A stretch of DNA of 27,535 nt, taken from positions 1 to 27,535 of the forward strand of contig JABXJZ010000001.1 in assembly GCA_013375335.1 (NCBI GenBank), written 5' to 3'. Under the pieces are notes generated by a model. The model did no database searches and was not told where the DNA came from. It saw only the letters and a list, made by a program, of their open reading frames with translations. How positions within the stretch are numbered: the stretch's first letter is position 1; the number at the start of each line of letters is the position of its first letter. This DNA is from Desulfobacterales bacterium (GTDB lineage Bacteria; Desulfobacterota; DSM-4660; Desulfatiglandales; B25-G16). Both the position numbers and the translations under genes were made by a program. This document shows positions 26,138-27,535 of this stretch, piece by piece.

Positions 26138-26849
26138 ATCCCTCTCCCAAATAGGCCTCAATCACCGCCGGATTGTTGGCAACCTCATGGGGTGTGCCTT
26201 CGGCAATGGTCTGACCGAAATTGATAGCATGGATACGATCCGATATGGCCATAATGACCTTCATGATATGCTCTACAATTAAGATGGTAATGCCCTTATC
26301 CCTGATCTTCGTAATGAGTTCAATAGCATCATCCAGCTCTGTAGGATTTAAACCGGCTGCAGTCTCGTCAAGAAGTAAGAGTTCTGGTCTTGTAGCAAGA
26401 GCACGGGCAATCTCAAGCCTTTTTCTTCCACCTATGGGGAGACTTTTCGCCGGTTTATCCTCCTGTTCTAAGAGGCCACAAAATTCTAAGACCTGGTATG
26501 CCTCATCCTGGGCCTCTTTTATGGTATTAACGCGGCAGAAGGCAGAGGCTATTACATTGCCCAGAACTGTCATCCGGGAAAGGGGTTTTACGACTTGGAA
26601 GGTACGGCCTATACCGAGATGGCAGATTTTATATGTCTTGAACCCCTTTATGGTTTTTCCTTTGAAAAGGATGTCCCCGGCAGTCATGGGCACATAGTTA
26701 TTGATACAGTTGAAAATAGTGGTCTTGCCTGAGCCGTTTGGCCCAATGAGGCCAAAAACCTCACCTTCTTCTACATGGAAGCTCACATTGTTTACTGCTT
26801 TGAGCCCTGCAAAGGATTTGGTAAGCTTCTTTACTTCAAGGAGCGCCAT
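26124..26849 (-). CDS. livG: Branched-chain amino acid ABC transporter ATP-binding protein (LivG-like)
   Basis: GPNGSGKTT, GIGRTFQ, LLLDETAAGLN and VIEAYLG motifs. Confidence 0.88.
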   Translation of the reverse strand: MALLEVKKLTKSFAGLKAVNNVSFHVEEGEVFGLIGPNGSGKTTIFNCINNYVPMTAGDILFKGKTIKGFKTYKICHLGIGRTFQVVKPLSRMTVLGNVIASAFCRVNTIKEAQDEAYQVLEFCGLLEQEDKPAKSLPIGGRKRLEIARALATRPELLLLDETAAGLNPTELDDAIELITKIRDKGITILIVEHIMKVIMAISDRIHAINFGQTIAEGTPHEVANNPAVIEAYLGEGYAQG

Positions 26850-26872
26850 TCATTTTCTGCCTTTCGTGCCGA

Positions 26873-27535
26873 TCAGGTCGATTCCCTGATTCTAAAAACC
26901 CCTCGTTTGATCTTCGACCAATCTCCCACAATGCCCCTTGCGAGGAACATGATTACAAATATAACCAACAGGCCGAACACCAACACATGGGCCTGACTTA
27001 TCCATTTTGGCCCTGCACCAAAAAGGGCGCTTCTAAATACTTCCTGAACGCCCACCATAGCAAAGGCCCCGACAGGGGGACCCAGGATGGTGGCAACTCC
27101 TCCGACAATAGCAACCAGGATGGCCATAATAGAGATATAGTGTAGGGAAAATACGACCTCCGGATCGATAAATGCCATATAGTTCATATAAAAGGCCCCG
27201 GCCGTCCCTGTAAAGAAGGCACTAATTAACAGGGACACATTTTTGTAAAGGGTTGTATTTATCCCCAGGGATTCCGCGGCATCCTGATCCTCCCGTATGG
27301 AGACAAGATAGTATCCCCACTTAGTTTTCATAAGGAGATGGGTGACATAGACACAAACGATTGCCAAAATCAAGGCAACGTAATAGTAAGGGGCCTTGCT
27401 CTTAAATGTCTGCATGATCAGAATCCCGACCATCCCCTCGGTCAGGCCCTCCCAATTAATCGCAGTGAGTCTAAAAATTTCACCTCCTGCGAGGGTAGCG
27501 AGGGCAAAATAGGGGCCCCTCAATCTGAGACAGAT
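26873..27535 (-). CDS. livM: Branched-chain amino acid ABC transporter permease (LivM-like), 5'-truncated by the window edge
   Basis: Frame is open to the window end (ICLRLRGPYFALATL). SIREDQDAAESLGIN and GGVATILGP motifs. Confidence 0.86.
   Translation of the reverse strand: MCLRLRGPYFALATLAGGEIFRLTAINWEGLTEGMVGILIMQTFKSKAPYYYVALILAIVCVYVTHLLMKTKWGYYLVSIREDQDAAESLGINTTLYKNVSLLISAFFTGTAGAFYMNYMAFIDPEVVFSLHYISIMAILVAIVGGVATILGPPVGAFAMVGVQEVFRSALFGAGPKWISQAHVLVFGLLVIFVIMFLARGIVGDWSKIKRGVFRIREST

Noticed and set aside
1-27535. CRISPR arrays, tRNA/rRNA, IS or integrase genes, defence systems
   Set aside because: I saw no spaced direct repeats, RNA gene signatures or matching protein motifs by eye. 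tRNAscan-SE, cmscan and DefenseFinder would confirm.

Overview
A roughly 45% GC (rough estimate) bacterial chromosomal segment. Gene content and synteny suggest Desulfobacterota (Deltaproteobacteria); this is inference. From 5' to 3' it holds: (1) an LPS-core glycosyltransferase cluster (GT2, GT9 heptosyltransferase, GT2, GT4, WaaE-like GT2, heptose-7-P kinase) with two unannotated pseudogene fragments inside it; (2) DUF4416-yicC-remA-gmk-rlmB, then maf on the opposite strand; (3) an orphan GspE/PilB-type ATPase with an N-terminal GAF domain carrying the NKxnFx3DE cNMP-type motif; (4) a tightly packed minus-strand run rdgB / NuoE-NuoF-short NuoG (HydCBA/HoxEFU-like, no catalytic subunit) / yggS / ttcA / P-loop-degenerate ychF paralog / argC; (5) a PPP phosphatase, exbB-exbD-ftsB-TPR-efp, a broken MetE-like gene and a DUF1232-J-domain fusion; (6) the end of a livMGF ABC operon. 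I found no rRNA, tRNA, CRISPR array, transposase or integrase. Most of the window is housekeeping. The best leads are the GAF-gated motor ATPase, the catalytic-subunit-free bifurcating-type flavoprotein and the probable pseudo-ATPase YchF. All family calls come from motif recognition by eye, without database searches.
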